Shown: piece after piece, positions 41,410-51,347 of the stretch | Numbering within the stretch: the first letter of the stretch is position 1 | Layout of the letters: every line of letters begins with the position of its first letter | Assembly: GCA_963809395.1 (NCBI GenBank) | Contig: CAWEJM010000006.1 | Location: 15,922-79,921, forward strand | Direction of reading: 5' to 3' | DNA from: an uncultured Actinomycetes bacterium | Lineage (GTDB): Bacteria > Actinomycetota > Thermoleophilia > RBG-16-64-13 | Length of the DNA: 64,000 nt | Translations under genes and position numbers: made by a program | Notes under the pieces: model-generated | The model's database searches: none | Seen by the model: the letters and a program-made list of their open reading frames with translations, nothing else | What the model was told of the DNA's origin: nothing

Positions 41410-41715
41410 GTGATCGACTCGAGCGGAGAGGGCGGGACGGGCGATCGGTCGGGGCTGAGCGTTTGGGCGCTCGAGCCCTACTTCGGGGGCTCGCACAAGC
41501 AGTTCCTGGAGGGGCTGGCACGCCATTCGCGCCACGACCTCACGCTTTTCACACTGCCGGGGCGTCACTGGAAGTGGCGCATGCACGGGGGCGCTTGTCG
41601 CTGGCCCGCGCCACGCGGGACCGGCGGGCGGGCGGATACCATGGGCGGGGCTCGAGGCAATTGCCCGGATGTGCTGCTCGCATCGGATATGCTCGATCTT
41701 CCGGTCTTTCTGGCG
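41410..41715 (+). pseudogene. DUF3524-type glycosyltransferase, N-terminal fragment, cut at the block A/B junction
   Basis: [47 protein letters not shown]...[18 protein letters not shown], then homology stops. Confidence 0.5.
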
Positions 41716-41960
41716 GCGGTATCGAAGGCGCGGGCACCAAGAACGTCTCCGGCCGCGGCGGCAAGGCCCGCATCATCACCGACCTCAACCAGCCGTGGGG
41801 CACCTCCGACACCTGCACCAAGTGCGGCAAGTGCGTCATGTCCTGCCCCACCGGCGCGCTGTTCAACAAAGGCTCGACGGTGGGCGAGATGGAGCGCGAC
41901 CGCACCAAGCTCGAATTCATCGTCACGGCGCGGGAGAAGAAACAATGGATTGCAGACTAA
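41712..41960 (+). pseudogene. hoxU: NAD-reducing hydrogenase diaphorase Fe-S subunit HoxU, C-terminal fragment only
   Basis: [48 protein letters not shown]. No N-terminal 2Fe-2S part upstream. Confidence 0.6.
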
Positions 41961-41963
41961 GCA

Positions 41964-42094
41964 GTTACAAGGTTACATGGTTACATGGGTTACATGAGTT
42001 GCATGGGCTACATGCGACATGGCACCTGATGTAACTCCTGTAACTCATGTAACCTATTGTAACTGATGTAACTTTGTAACCTGTAGCTACTAAC
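41964..42094. repeat. Inverted array of GTTACA(TG) / TGTAAC units filling the hoxU-hoxY spacer
   Basis: GTTACA at 41964, 41972, 41980 and 41989; degenerate at 41998, 42007 and 42014. TGTAAC at 42030, 42039, 42048, 42058, 42067 and 42075; degenerate at 42082. Spacing is 7-10 nt. Confidence 0.85.
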
Positions 42095-42687
42095 ATGCAA
42101 ACAAGCACGAAACAAAGCCCAGCCGGAAACCGGCAAGCCAGCTCTCCTGCGCCTGGCCACCGTCTGGTTCGGCGGCTGTTCCGGCTGCCACATGTCGTTC
42201 CTGGACCTGGACGAGTTCCTCATCGAGCTGGCCGGCAAGGTGGAGATCGTCTTCAGCCCGGTCATGGACGTGAAGGAATACCCCGAGCACGTGGATGTGT
42301 GCCTGATCGAAGGCGCCATCTGCAACGAGGACAACCTGGAACTGCTCCACAAGATTCGGCAGCGGACCAAGGTCCTCGTCTCGTTCGGCGACTGCGCGGT
42401 GACGGCCAACGTGCCGGCCATCCGCAACCAGCTCGGCCTGGGCAACGCGGAGAGCGTCCTGCAGCGGGCCTACATCGAGTGCGCGCAAACCAACCCGGGC
42501 GTGCCCAAGGAACCGGGCATCGTGCCCGGCGCTGCTGCCGCGGGTGATGCCGGTGCACGAGGTCGTGCACGTGAACTATTTCCTGCCCGGCTGCCCGCCG
42601 CCGGCCGACCGCATCAAGGCCCTGCTGGTGCAGGTGCTCGACGGCGAGGAGCCGAAACTCGAAGGCCCGCAGCTCAAGTTTGGATAG
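42095..42687 (+). CDS. hoxY: NiFe hydrogenase small subunit (HoxY type), frame broken
   Basis: [46 protein letters not shown], then [14 protein letters not shown] in another frame. Confidence 0.8.
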
Positions 42688-42690
42688 ATT

Positions 42691-44125
42691 ATGGCTCAAC
42701 GTATCGTCATTGATCCCGTGACCCGCATCGAGGGCCACGCCAAGATCAGCATCTTCATGGACGACGCCGGCAACGTGTCCGACGCCGAGTTCCACGTCGT
42801 CGAGTTCCGCGGCTTCGAGAAGTTCTGCGAGGGCCGTCCCTACAGCGAGATGCCCGGCATCACCCCGCGCATCTGCGGCATCTGCCCCGTCAGCCATCTG
42901 CTGGCCTCGGCCAAGGCGGGCGACGCCATCATGGCCGTCAACATCCCGCCCGCCGCCGACAAGCTGCGCCGGCTGATGAACCTCGGCCAGATCATCCAGA
43001 GCCATGCCCTGAGCTTCTTCCACCTGAGCGCGCCCGATTTCCTGCTCGGCTGGGATACGCCGCCGGCCAAGCGGAATGTGTTCGGGCTGATCGCCTCGAA
43101 CACCGACCTGGCCCGCGCCGGCATCCGGCTGCGCCAGTTCGGCCAGGAGATCATCGCAGGTGCTCGGCGGCCAGAAGATTCATCCCGCCTGGGCCGTGCC
43201 CGGCGGCGTCCGCAGCCCGCTGACCGAGGAAGGCCGCACCCGCATTCGCGCCTGGCTGCCCGAGGCCTACGCCACGACCAAGATCGGCCTTCGACCTCTT
43301 CAAGAAGATGCTCGACACCCACAAGAAGGAAGTCCAGATCTTCGGCAACTTCCCCTCGCTCTTCATGGGCCTGGTGGAACCGGACGGCACCTGGGAACAT
43401 CACGGCGGCAAGCTCCGTTTCACCGACAGCAGCGGCAGCATCATCGCCGACCAGCTCGATCCGCAGAAGTACTACGAGTACATCGGCGAATCGGTGCAAA
43501 GCTCCTCCTACCTCAAGTCGCCGTATTACTAGCCCGCTGGGCTTCCCGGACGGCATGTATCGCGTCGGCCCGCTGGCCCGGCTCAATGTGGCCGAGCAGA
43601 TGGGCACGCCCAAGGCGGACGCCGAGTTGAAGAAGTTCAAGAAGCTGACGCGCGGGCGCAACGCCGTGACCTCGTCCTTCCATTATCACTACGCGCGGCT
43701 GATCGAAATCCTCGCCTCGCATCGAGCGGGTGGAAGCCGCCATGGACGACGCCGACCTGCTCAGCGAAGACCTGCGCGCCGATGCCGGCATCAACAGCCT
43801 CCGCGGCGTGGGCGTCAGCGAAGCCCCGCGCGGCACGCTCTTCCACGATTACACCGTGGACCGCGACGGCCTGCTCAAGAAGGTCAACCTCATCGTCGCC
43901 ACCGGCCAGAACAACCTGGCGATGAACCAGACCGTCGCCCAGATCGCGCGCCATTACGTGCGCGGCAACAAGATTCCCGAGCCCATGCTCAACCGCGTCG
44001 AGCACGGCATCCGCTGCTACGACCCGTGCCTGAGCTGCTCCACGCACGCCGTCGGCCAGATGCCGCTGCACGTCCAGCTCATCGCCCCGGACGGCACCGT
44101 GCTGGACGAAGTCGCGCGGGGCTGA
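42691..44125 (+). CDS. hoxH: NiFe hydrogenase large subunit (HoxH type), frame broken about four times
   Basis: [20 protein letters not shown] (N-terminal Ni ligands), [17 protein letters not shown] (C-terminal Ni ligands). Confidence 0.9.
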
Positions 44126-44296
44126 GTCGCCGCGACGAACTGACGTTGGCAGGGCGGCGCAGCCCTCCAAGAACCTCGCAGCACTCGCCGCCGTCGGTGG
44201 GACCGAGCGCCGCCGTCTTCCCGGCCAGAGTGTTCCCAATCCCTTCACAGGATTTGAGCGGCATACAGTTCGGCGTGGCGGTTCCGCCGCGGCTGT

Positions 44297-44520
44297 TCAA
44301 AGCAGGCTCGTAAACTCTTCCTTCGTCAGTGCCCGATTCGCGGATTAGCGCCCGCAACGTCCCCTTGGCCGACTTCCAATGCATCGGCACCGTGCGTCGG
44401 CGCATTTGCGGGTGGCGCAGGATGATGTGGCTCCCCGGTTTGGTGATCCACGGGCGTGGCCCGGCCTTCTCCAAAGGCGCGAACGGCCTGCTGCCCGGAG
44501 CAAACAGGCAGACGGCTCAT
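44297..44520 (-). CDS. hicA: HicA family mRNA interferase toxin, one frame break
   Basis: MSRLPVCSGQQAVRAF, ITKPGSHIILRHP, KGTLRALIRESGLTKEEFTSLL. Confidence 0.75.
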
Positions 44521-44729
44521 GCGGGAATCTCGACGATCTCCTCGGAGATGGGGGAGGGCACCGGTTCGCCGTGCTTCCTAAGGCTGGCCACATAGCCGGT
44601 CATGGCATCCTTGATGTTGACGAGGGCCTCGGCGCGCGTCTTGCCTTGCGAAATGCAACCCGGCAGGGCCGGACATTCCGCCACAAACACCCCGTCCTCG
44701 TCCACCTCGATGACCACTCGGTATTTCAT
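44517..44729 (-). CDS. hicB: HicB family antitoxin
   Basis: MKYRVVIEVDEDGVFVAECPALPGCISQGKTRAEAL. 4-nt overlap with hicA. Confidence 0.8.
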   Translation of the reverse strand: MKYRVVIEVDEDGVFVAECPALPGCISQGKTRAEALVNIKDAMTGYVASLRKHGEPVPSPISEEIVEIPA

Positions 44730-45039
44730 GCTCTGAATCTGCGGTTGCCTCTGTCCAAAGTCAACCGCGCCCACCCCATCGCTCAACTCTCAACCTTGCC
44801 GTCACAGCCCCACCCGCAAGGAAAGGCACTTCGTCGCAGCGGTGGCTCGGCAGAGCGCCGCTCTCTTCCTGGCGAGGGCATCCCGTTTGGGATCGGCCCC
44901 TGCGTCCGCTCTCCGAGCCGCCGCTACGGACCCACCCGCTGCCCGGCCTTTAGCCTTCAGCCTTCAGCGTTCAGCCTTTCCCCTCACTGCCCGTTCGGCA
45001 CGAGCTTGATGCCCCAGACGCCGGAAGCCTGTAACCCCC

Positions 45040-45440
45040 TTACCCCAGCAACGCTTGAAACCCGCTTGCGTGAAATGATGATCACCGGTCAGAGCGTCTG
45101 TGAGTTGCTCCTCCGTCATGATTGCGAAGGAAATGCAGTCGGTCAGCGGCCAGTCTTTGTCCGGGCGCTGCTCATAGAGCTGCAAGCCGCGCTCAAACCA
45201 ATCACTCGCGGCACGCACAATTTTGACTTGGGGGTCTCGGGCTAGGTCCCGCATGAACGGGGCCACTGAGCGTCGGCTGCCCGAATCAGCTAAGGCATCC
45301 GCAACTTCCGTTAACACCCACTCGGTGGTGACAATCTCCCCGTGCAATTGGCTGGCAGCGGCGGCCGCCTTGGCGTGGTATTGGTCGGCGCGGTTCAGCA
45401 GCGCCACGAAATAGAAGGCGTCCGCGAAGACCCGGCTCAT
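45040..45440 (-). CDS. PIN domain toxin (VapC-like), frame break near the 3' end
   Basis: MSRVFADAFYFVALLN, TTEWVLTEVAD, PLTDCISFAIM, TGDHHFTQAGF, then ALLG-TAA after a 1-nt hop. Confidence 0.7.
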
Positions 45441-45606
45441 TTCTTCCGGTGCCCGTGCACGTAATGGTCCAGGTTCGCCGCCAGGTCCGGCGGCAGGTCC
45501 GTCGGCCACGCCGATGTAGGCGGCGTAACGCTCAGCAAACGACGGCTGGGACAGCGGAGTCCGGGATGGTCAGCCGCACCTCGGCCCCGTCCGGCAACTC
45601 CACGCC
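45437..45606 (-). pseudogene. PIN-associated antitoxin (AF2212/DUF104-like), 5'-truncated at the block B/C junction, frame broken
   Basis: GVELPDGAEVRLTI, FAERYAAYIG, LPPDLAANLDHYVHGHRKK. Its stop overlaps the PIN start (ATGA). The N-terminal ~20 aa are absent. Confidence 0.5.
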
Positions 45607-46378
45607 GGGCGGCGCCGCCATTCTGGGCGGGCAGGCGCTGGAAGGCGGACACATCGGCTCCATCTTGCAGCCGACGGCGGCGCTGATCGTCTTTGGCGGC
45701 ACCCTCGGCGCGGTGTCGTTGCAGTTTCCCAGCGCCACCCTGCGGAAGACGGTGCGGAGCATCCGCGAGGTGTTCAAGCCGTCGCGCTACGACCTCGGTG
45801 AGACGGTGAGGACGGTGGTGACGCTGGCCAACAAGGCGCGCCGCGAAGGGCTGGTCTCCATCGAGAAGGAAGCGGAGGAGATCAAGGATCCGTTCCTCAA
45901 GCGCGCGGTGGAGATGGCGGTGGACGGCACCGAAGCCAAGGTGTTGCGCAGCGCGCTGGAGATGGAGCTCGAGCACCACGAGGAAGAGGGCGAAGGTCCC
46001 ATCAAGGTGCTGGAGTCGGGCGGTGGATATGCGCCCACCGTCGGAATTCTCGGCGCGGTGTTGGGGCTCATCCACGTCATGGAGAACCTGGCCGATCCGT
46101 CGAAGCTGGGCGGCGGCATCGCCGTGGCGTTCGTCGCCACGGTGTACGGCGTGGGGCTCGCCAACCTGATCCTCCTGCCGATGTCGGGAAAGCTGAAGAC
46201 GCGCCACCGCGAGCACACGCTGGCGATGGAGGTGACGATGGAGGGTGTGTGCGCCATCGCTGAGGGCGAAAACCCGCGCATCATCGAGCGCAAGCTGTCC
46301 ATCTACATCGGCGAGCGCAAGGGCGGCGCCGCTCCCAACGAAGCGGTCAAGAAGGCCGAGCTGAAGGCGGCGGCGTAG
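45606..46378 (+). pseudogene. motA: Flagellar stator protein MotA, 5'-truncated
   Basis: Starts mid-TM1 at GGAAILGGQALEGGHIGSILQPTAALIVFGGTLGA. GYAPTVGILGAVLGLI and AFVATVYGVGLANL. No start codon or N-terminal residues. Confidence 0.8.
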
Positions 46379-47149
46379 ATGGCGCGACGAAAGAGAAAGC
46401 CGGAGGAGCACGTCAACCACGAGCGCTGGCTGGTCAGGTACGCCGACTTCATCACGCTGCTCTTCGCGTTCTTCACCACGCTCTATGCCATCTCGACGGT
46501 GGATCAGAGCAAAGCGGGCCGGCTCATGTATTCGATGATGACCGCGCTCAACATCGACTTCTTTCCGGTGGGCAAGGCGCCGTCCCAGCAGTCGGCGGTG
46601 GGCGCCATCGTCCCCAAGGACGACGGCAAGGGCGGCCACGGCAAGCGCTCGGACATGGGCCGCATCGCCGAGGAGCTGCGCACGCTGGCGATCGATCCGG
46701 TGCTGCGCGGCCGCATGCAGGTGCACGAGACCCAGCGCGGCATCGTCGTCAGCCTGGCCGAGGCCGGCTTCTTCGAGTCGGGCAAGACGGACATTCGCAA
46801 GGACGCGGCGCAGGCGCTCGAGGTGATCGGCGCCGCCATCGCCGCACATGGCGATCTCGACGTTCTGGTGGAAGGCCACACCGACAATGTCCCGGTGCGC
46901 CAGGGCTCCAACTGGCTGCTCTCGACGGCGCGGGCCACCTACGTCGTCCTGCAGCTGCAGCAGCGGATGGGAGTGGCGCCGGAGCGGTTGTCGGCGGCGG
47001 GCTATGGCGAGTTTCGCCCGGTCGCCTCCAACGACACGCCCGAAGGCCGCGCGCGCAACCGGCGTGTGGACCTGGTGCTGCGCGATCACGCTTTGTCAAA
47101 ATTGACGGAACCGGGCGCGCCCGAGGCGGAAACTCCGCCGCAGGATTGA
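46379..47149 (+). CDS. motB: Flagellar stator protein MotB (OmpA-like C-terminal domain)
   Basis: Intact. ERWLVRYADFITLLFAFF plug/TM, GHTDNVP, NWLLSTARA, NRRVDL. Confidence 0.85.
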   Translation: MARRKRKPEEHVNHERWLVRYADFITLLFAFFTTLYAISTVDQSKAGRLMYSMMTALNIDFFPVGKAPSQQSAVGAIVPKDDGKGGHGKRSDMGRIAEELRTLAIDPVLRGRMQVHETQRGIVVSLAEAGFFESGKTDIRKDAAQALEVIGAAIAAHGDLDVLVEGHTDNVPVRQGSNWLLSTARATYVVLQLQQRMGVAPERLSAAGYGEFRPVASNDTPEGRARNRRVDLVLRDHALSKLTEPGAPEAETPPQD

Positions 47150-47188
47150 CGATCGGGTTGGCCCGACATTTGAAAAAGGGAGTGCATC

Positions 47189-47683
47189 ATGAGCGACGCC
47201 AAACCTGCCGAAGCCCCTCCCGCCGCCAAGAAAGCGGGGGGCGGAGGGCCCATGCCCCTCATCGGGGTCGTTTTGACGGTCCTCAACCTCGGGGCCACCG
47301 GCTTCGTGGCCACCAAGGTCCTGAAGCTGGGCCACATGAGCGCCGGTCCGACGGCGCAGGCCGAGCCTTCACCGCCGCCCAATCTGCCCAGCGCCGCCTT
47401 CGAGCCGTTCGTGGTCAATCTCAACGAGCCCGGCTCCAACCGCTATCTCAAGACCAGCTTCGAGGTCGAGCTCGGCAACGAAAAAGCCGTCGAGACCATC
47501 AATCACGAGAAGAAGGCGCTTCGCGACGACATCCTCCGCTATCTCTCCGGCCTCACCGTCGCCGAAACCATGGGCGAAGCCGGTAAGGACAAGATTCAGG
47601 AGCAGATCATCGCCCGCGTCGACAAGGCGGTCGGCGCCGGCGGCGTGCGCCATCTGTACTTCACCGACTTCGTTATTCAGTAA
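47189..47683 (+). CDS. fliL: Flagellar basal body-associated protein FliL
   Basis: Intact. Single TM, FVVNLNEPGSNRYLKTSFEVEL, LYFTDFVIQ. Confidence 0.8.
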   Translation: MSDAKPAEAPPAAKKAGGGGPMPLIGVVLTVLNLGATGFVATKVLKLGHMSAGPTAQAEPSPPPNLPSAAFEPFVVNLNEPGSNRYLKTSFEVELGNEKAVETINHEKKALRDDILRYLSGLTVAETMGEAGKDKIQEQIIARVDKAVGAGGVRHLYFTDFVIQ

Positions 47684-47690
47684 CGCGTCC

Positions 47691-47723
47691 CTTGACCGGG
47701 GCTGACTCGCGCGGTCAAGATTT
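47691..47723 (+). terminator. Hairpin after fliL
   Basis: CTTGACCG / CGGTCAAG stem, 13-nt loop, then ATTT. Confidence 0.35.
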
Positions 47724-47728
47724 CAACG

Positions 47729-48541
47729 ATGGCACCAGACCAAACGGCGGTGCGGGTGGCGTTGTGGCGCGCCCTCCACGTCGAGCTCGATGCGCCGCCG
47801 CACGTCTTCGAAGACCTGCTCGGGCGGCAGCTTGCCGCTCCCGACGAAGGTTGGCGAAGTCGGCCTGACATGAATCCGCAGGGCACGAGGGGAATGCGCG
47901 CGTCGATCGTGGCGCGCGCCCGCTTCGTCGAGGACCTGGTCGTCGAGAAGGGGGTTCGCCAATACGTGATCCTCGGCGCCGGCCTCGACACCTTTGCCCA
48001 GCGGTGGCCCGATCTCGTGCAGGTCTTCGAGGTCGATCGCCCCGGGCCGCAAGAGTGGAAGCGGCAGCGGCTCCTGACGCTCGGGCTCGGCGTCCCCTGC
48101 CTGGTGCCGGTCGACTTCGAAGCCGGCGCCTCGTGGTGGGACCAGCTCGTGGCTGCGGGCTTCGACGCCGGCGCGCCCGCGGTCGTGTCCTCGACCGGGG
48201 TCAGCATGTACCTCACCCAGGATGCCATCGCCGCCACGCTGCGGACAGTGGCGCGGTTGCCGCCGGGCTCGACGTTGGCGATGACCTACATGCTGCCAAT
48301 GGATTTGGTCGACGAAGACGAGCGCCGGATGCGCGAGTTCGCCGAGCGCGGCGCCCGCGCCTCTGGAACGCCCTTCATCAGCTTCTTCTCGCCGTCGGAG
48401 ATGACGGCGTTCGCGCGCGACTGCGGCTTCCGCGAGGCGCGCACCGTTTCGGCCGACGATCACACGGCGCGGTATTTTGCCGGCAGGAGCGATGGACTGC
48501 GTCCGGCGAAGTCCGAGGAGATCCTGGTCGCCACGACGTAG
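47729..48541 (+). CDS. Class I SAM-dependent methyltransferase (leucine carboxyl / O-methyltransferase family)
   Basis: Intact 270 aa. VRQYVILGAGLDTFAQR, VFEVDRPGPQEWK, VSSTGVSMYL. Confidence 0.7.
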   Translation: MAPDQTAVRVALWRALHVELDAPPHVFEDLLGRQLAAPDEGWRSRPDMNPQGTRGMRASIVARARFVEDLVVEKGVRQYVILGAGLDTFAQRWPDLVQVFEVDRPGPQEWKRQRLLTLGLGVPCLVPVDFEAGASWWDQLVAAGFDAGAPAVVSSTGVSMYLTQDAIAATLRTVARLPPGSTLAMTYMLPMDLVDEDERRMREFAERGARASGTPFISFFSPSEMTAFARDCGFREARTVSADDHTARYFAGRSDGLRPAKSEEILVATT

Positions 48542-48629
48542 CTTCGGCCGTCGCGGGTTGCAACGACGAACGCGCTTGGATTTGTACGTTGGTACGTCGA
48601 ACCACAGTTGCCCGTTTGTGGATTCTGGG

Positions 48630-51031
48630 ATGAGAGGAAATGATAGCCTGGTCGTTGCCTGAAGTTCCTCGCACCAATCGCTCCCGGCCTCATTGTCGCG
48701 CTGCTGAGTAGCTGCGCCGACCGCCCGCTCTATCTTCCGGTCGACGAAGTTCCAGCGCCGGATTTGAGCGCTCGCGATCTGGGAGGGGCGCGTGACCTCA
48801 CGATCGCGTCCGATCTGAGCGTAGCGATTGATCTGAGCGTAGCGATTGATCTGAGCGTAGCGATTGATCTGAGCGTAGCGATTGATCTGGGCGTCGCTCC
48901 CGATCTGGGCGTGGCTCCCGATCTCAGCGTGGCACCCGATCTCAGTGTGGCACCCGATCTGAGCGTCGCGCCAGATCTCAGCGCACCCGATTTGAGCATT
49001 CCAACCCGTCCTGGCTGCGACGGGACTCTGCTTCTGCCGTCGGTGCCACGGCTGCTCGGGCGCGGTACTACCGTCAGCCTCGCCGCAGGCGATTACGACG
49101 GCGATGGCCGCCTCGATCTGATCGCCGGCTCGCCCTACAGCGGCACGGTGTCGCTGTTCCTGAGCGAAGGGCGCGGCCACTTTGGCCCCCCGACCACGCT
49201 CCCACTGACGACCGACCCGCTCGACGTCTTCGCTTTCGACGCCACCAGCGATGGCAAGACCGACATCGTCACTATTGGCGGGATGGGCATCCCCACGGTC
49301 TTGCCGGGCAACGGCGATGGCACCTTCGCCACTCCCATCAGCTCCATCACGGGGATCTCCGGGTACCCCCACGCCGTGGCAGGGGAGGTGAACGGCGACG
49401 GCATCACCGATCTGATCGCAGTGGACACCACTGTGGTGGTGCTTCTCGGCAACGGCGACGGCACCTACACCCGCGGCTTCTCGTCCCCGCTTCCGGCCCG
49501 CCAAAGCGCCGCCGCCATCGGGGACTTCGACGAGGACGGCGTCGCTGACGTGGTCGTCTCCTTCTGGGAGGGCGCGCCGGGACCGGCAGTCTACTTCGGT
49601 AACGGTGACGGCTCATTCGCCGGCCCGGTCAACGTCGACACCATCGGTTACGTCGAGGACCTCACGGTTGGCGACCTCGACGGCGACGGCCACCTCGATA
49701 TCGCCGCTGCGCAGGACGGCAGCTATCCCGGGTCCGTCCTCGTGTGGCCCGGCCTGGGTAACGGCGTGTTCGCACCCGCCGTGATCTACCCCGCCGACGA
49801 TCACAACTACAAGCTCGCTGCGGGCGACTTCGATGGCGACGGCCGTACCGACCTGGTCGACTCCGGCGACCACGGACTCAACCTGTATTTGCAGCAGCTC
49901 GACGGGACCCTCGGCCCGCGCCGCGTCTACCCGCTGGAAACGGCCGCCGCCACCTGGGCCGGCGACCTCGACAGTGACGGCCGCGACGATCTCGTGATCG
50001 CCTTTCACGGCGACGACATCGGCGTCCAACTCTCGCAGCCTGGAGGTGGCTTCCTTGTCGAAGACCACCTGGCCGGCGTCAGCGACCCGGCGGGCGGCGC
50101 TTCGTCCTTCTCATTCGCCGGCGGCGACTTCGATGGAGACGGCGATCGCGACATCGCCGTCTCCGAATGGTCGGGTACGGTCCGTATCCTGACGAATGCC
50201 GGCGGCGGCAGTTTCACCGCCGGACAGACGGTTTTTCGGCCGGGCAACTACCGCACGCTTGCTGCCGCGGACTTCAACCGCGATCGCATTCTTGATCTCG
50301 CCGTCGTCGATTTCTCGGCCGGCATCCGCTTCTTCCGTGGCGTGGGCGACGGCACCTTCGCCGCCGCCGGAATCATCTCCTATAGCTATCCCCTGGATCT
50401 GCTGCTCGGCGACTTCGATCGCGACGGTTTCCCCGACGTGGTGGTGCTGGCCAATCCGGCAGTCAGCATCTACCGCAATGTCGGCAACGGCACCTTCACC
50501 ACTGCCGGTTATTTCTCCAACGTCGGCGGCGGCCAATACTCCATCGGCGACATCGATGGCGACGGCAAGCCCGACCTGATCGGGGCCGATGCCTATAACG
50601 CCAAGCTGGAGTTGCTCCTCGGGCGTGGCGACGGCACCTTCACGCGTCAACCCCCCACGCCGATTGCCGGCTTGTGCGGCGCTACGGCCGGCGACTTCGA
50701 GCGCAACGGTCGCGATGAGCTGGTGATCGCCGACACCTCCGGCGCGCACCCGGTCGACCGCCGCGCCGACGGGACGCTGGCGCCCCGCGCGCCCATCCAA
50801 GGCAGCCTCTGCGCCACGCTCATCACCGCTGATCTCGATTCCGACGGGCGCCTCGACCTTCTCATGACCGGCAGCCCGCTCGGCTTCGCCCGCGGACATG
50901 GCGACGGCACCTTTACCCGCACGCGCGTGTACCAACATGGCGACTCGCCAGGCGACTTCGACGGCGATGGCACAGTCGACCTCCTGACCGCGCCCGGCGT
51001 ATCGCTTTTGAGGAACCGCGGCTGCGAGTAG
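48630..51031 (+). CDS. Lipoprotein with hexapeptide repeat linker and 14 FG-GAP/VCBS repeats; one frame break in the signal peptide
   Basis: MRGNDSLVVA, then LIVALLSSC lipobox in the ORF 48764 frame. DLSVAI/DLSVAP repeats. 14 GDxDGDGxxD units (two predicted 7-blade propellers). Confidence 0.75.
48761..48997 (+). repeat. About 13 tandem 18-bp (hexapeptide) coding repeats, four of them identical
   Basis: GATCTGAGCGTAGCGATT x4 at 48812-48883, flanked by diverged units (GATCTGGGCGTCGCTCCC and others). Confidence 0.85.
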
Positions 51032-51062
51032 CGCGAGTTGGTGGACTCGCTGCCCGAAAGTC

Positions 51063-51347
51063 TCAGTAGCCGTGGCGATGCCCGCCGAGGCGCAAAGACA
51101 GCTCGTGGCGGGCGCGGTGGAGCGCCGCCGACCAGCGTGAGTCGCGCTCGCACACCATCTCCAGCGTGGCGCGGCTCCGGGTGTCCAGGTCGTAGCCGTC
51201 GAGGATCTGCGCCAGGCGCTCGATGTGGGGAGCGCGCTCGGAGGTCATGGTTTCGGCGGCCGAAAGGACGTCGCCGGGATCAGCGTCGGAGGCCGGCGGC
51301 TCGGGCGTGGCCTGAAGGAGCGCGTCGAGGGTCTCGCCGGCGGTCAT
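51063..51347 (-). CDS. Hypothetical protein downstream of fliS (position suggests a FliT-like chaperone)
   Basis: Internal ATG of ORF 51063..51488 overlaps the fliS stop (ATGA). No recognisable motif. Confidence 0.4.
   Translation of the reverse strand: MTAGETLDALLQATPEPPASDADPGDVLSAAETMTSERAPHIERLAQILDGYDLDTRSRATLEMVCERDSRWSAALHRARHELSLRLGGHRHGY

Noticed and set aside
44953-44980. Four tandem heptamers: GCCTTCA, GCCTTCA, GCGTTCA, GCCTTTC.
   Set aside because: The tract is short and degenerate and lies just downstream of the corrected PIN stop. No function can be argued from the sequence alone.
48761-48997. Possible CRISPR array, suggested by the regular short repeats.
   Set aside because: The units are contiguous 18-bp repeats with no spacers. 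They are in frame, encode DLSVAI/DLSVAP hexapeptides inside a lipoprotein gene, and no cas genes are present.
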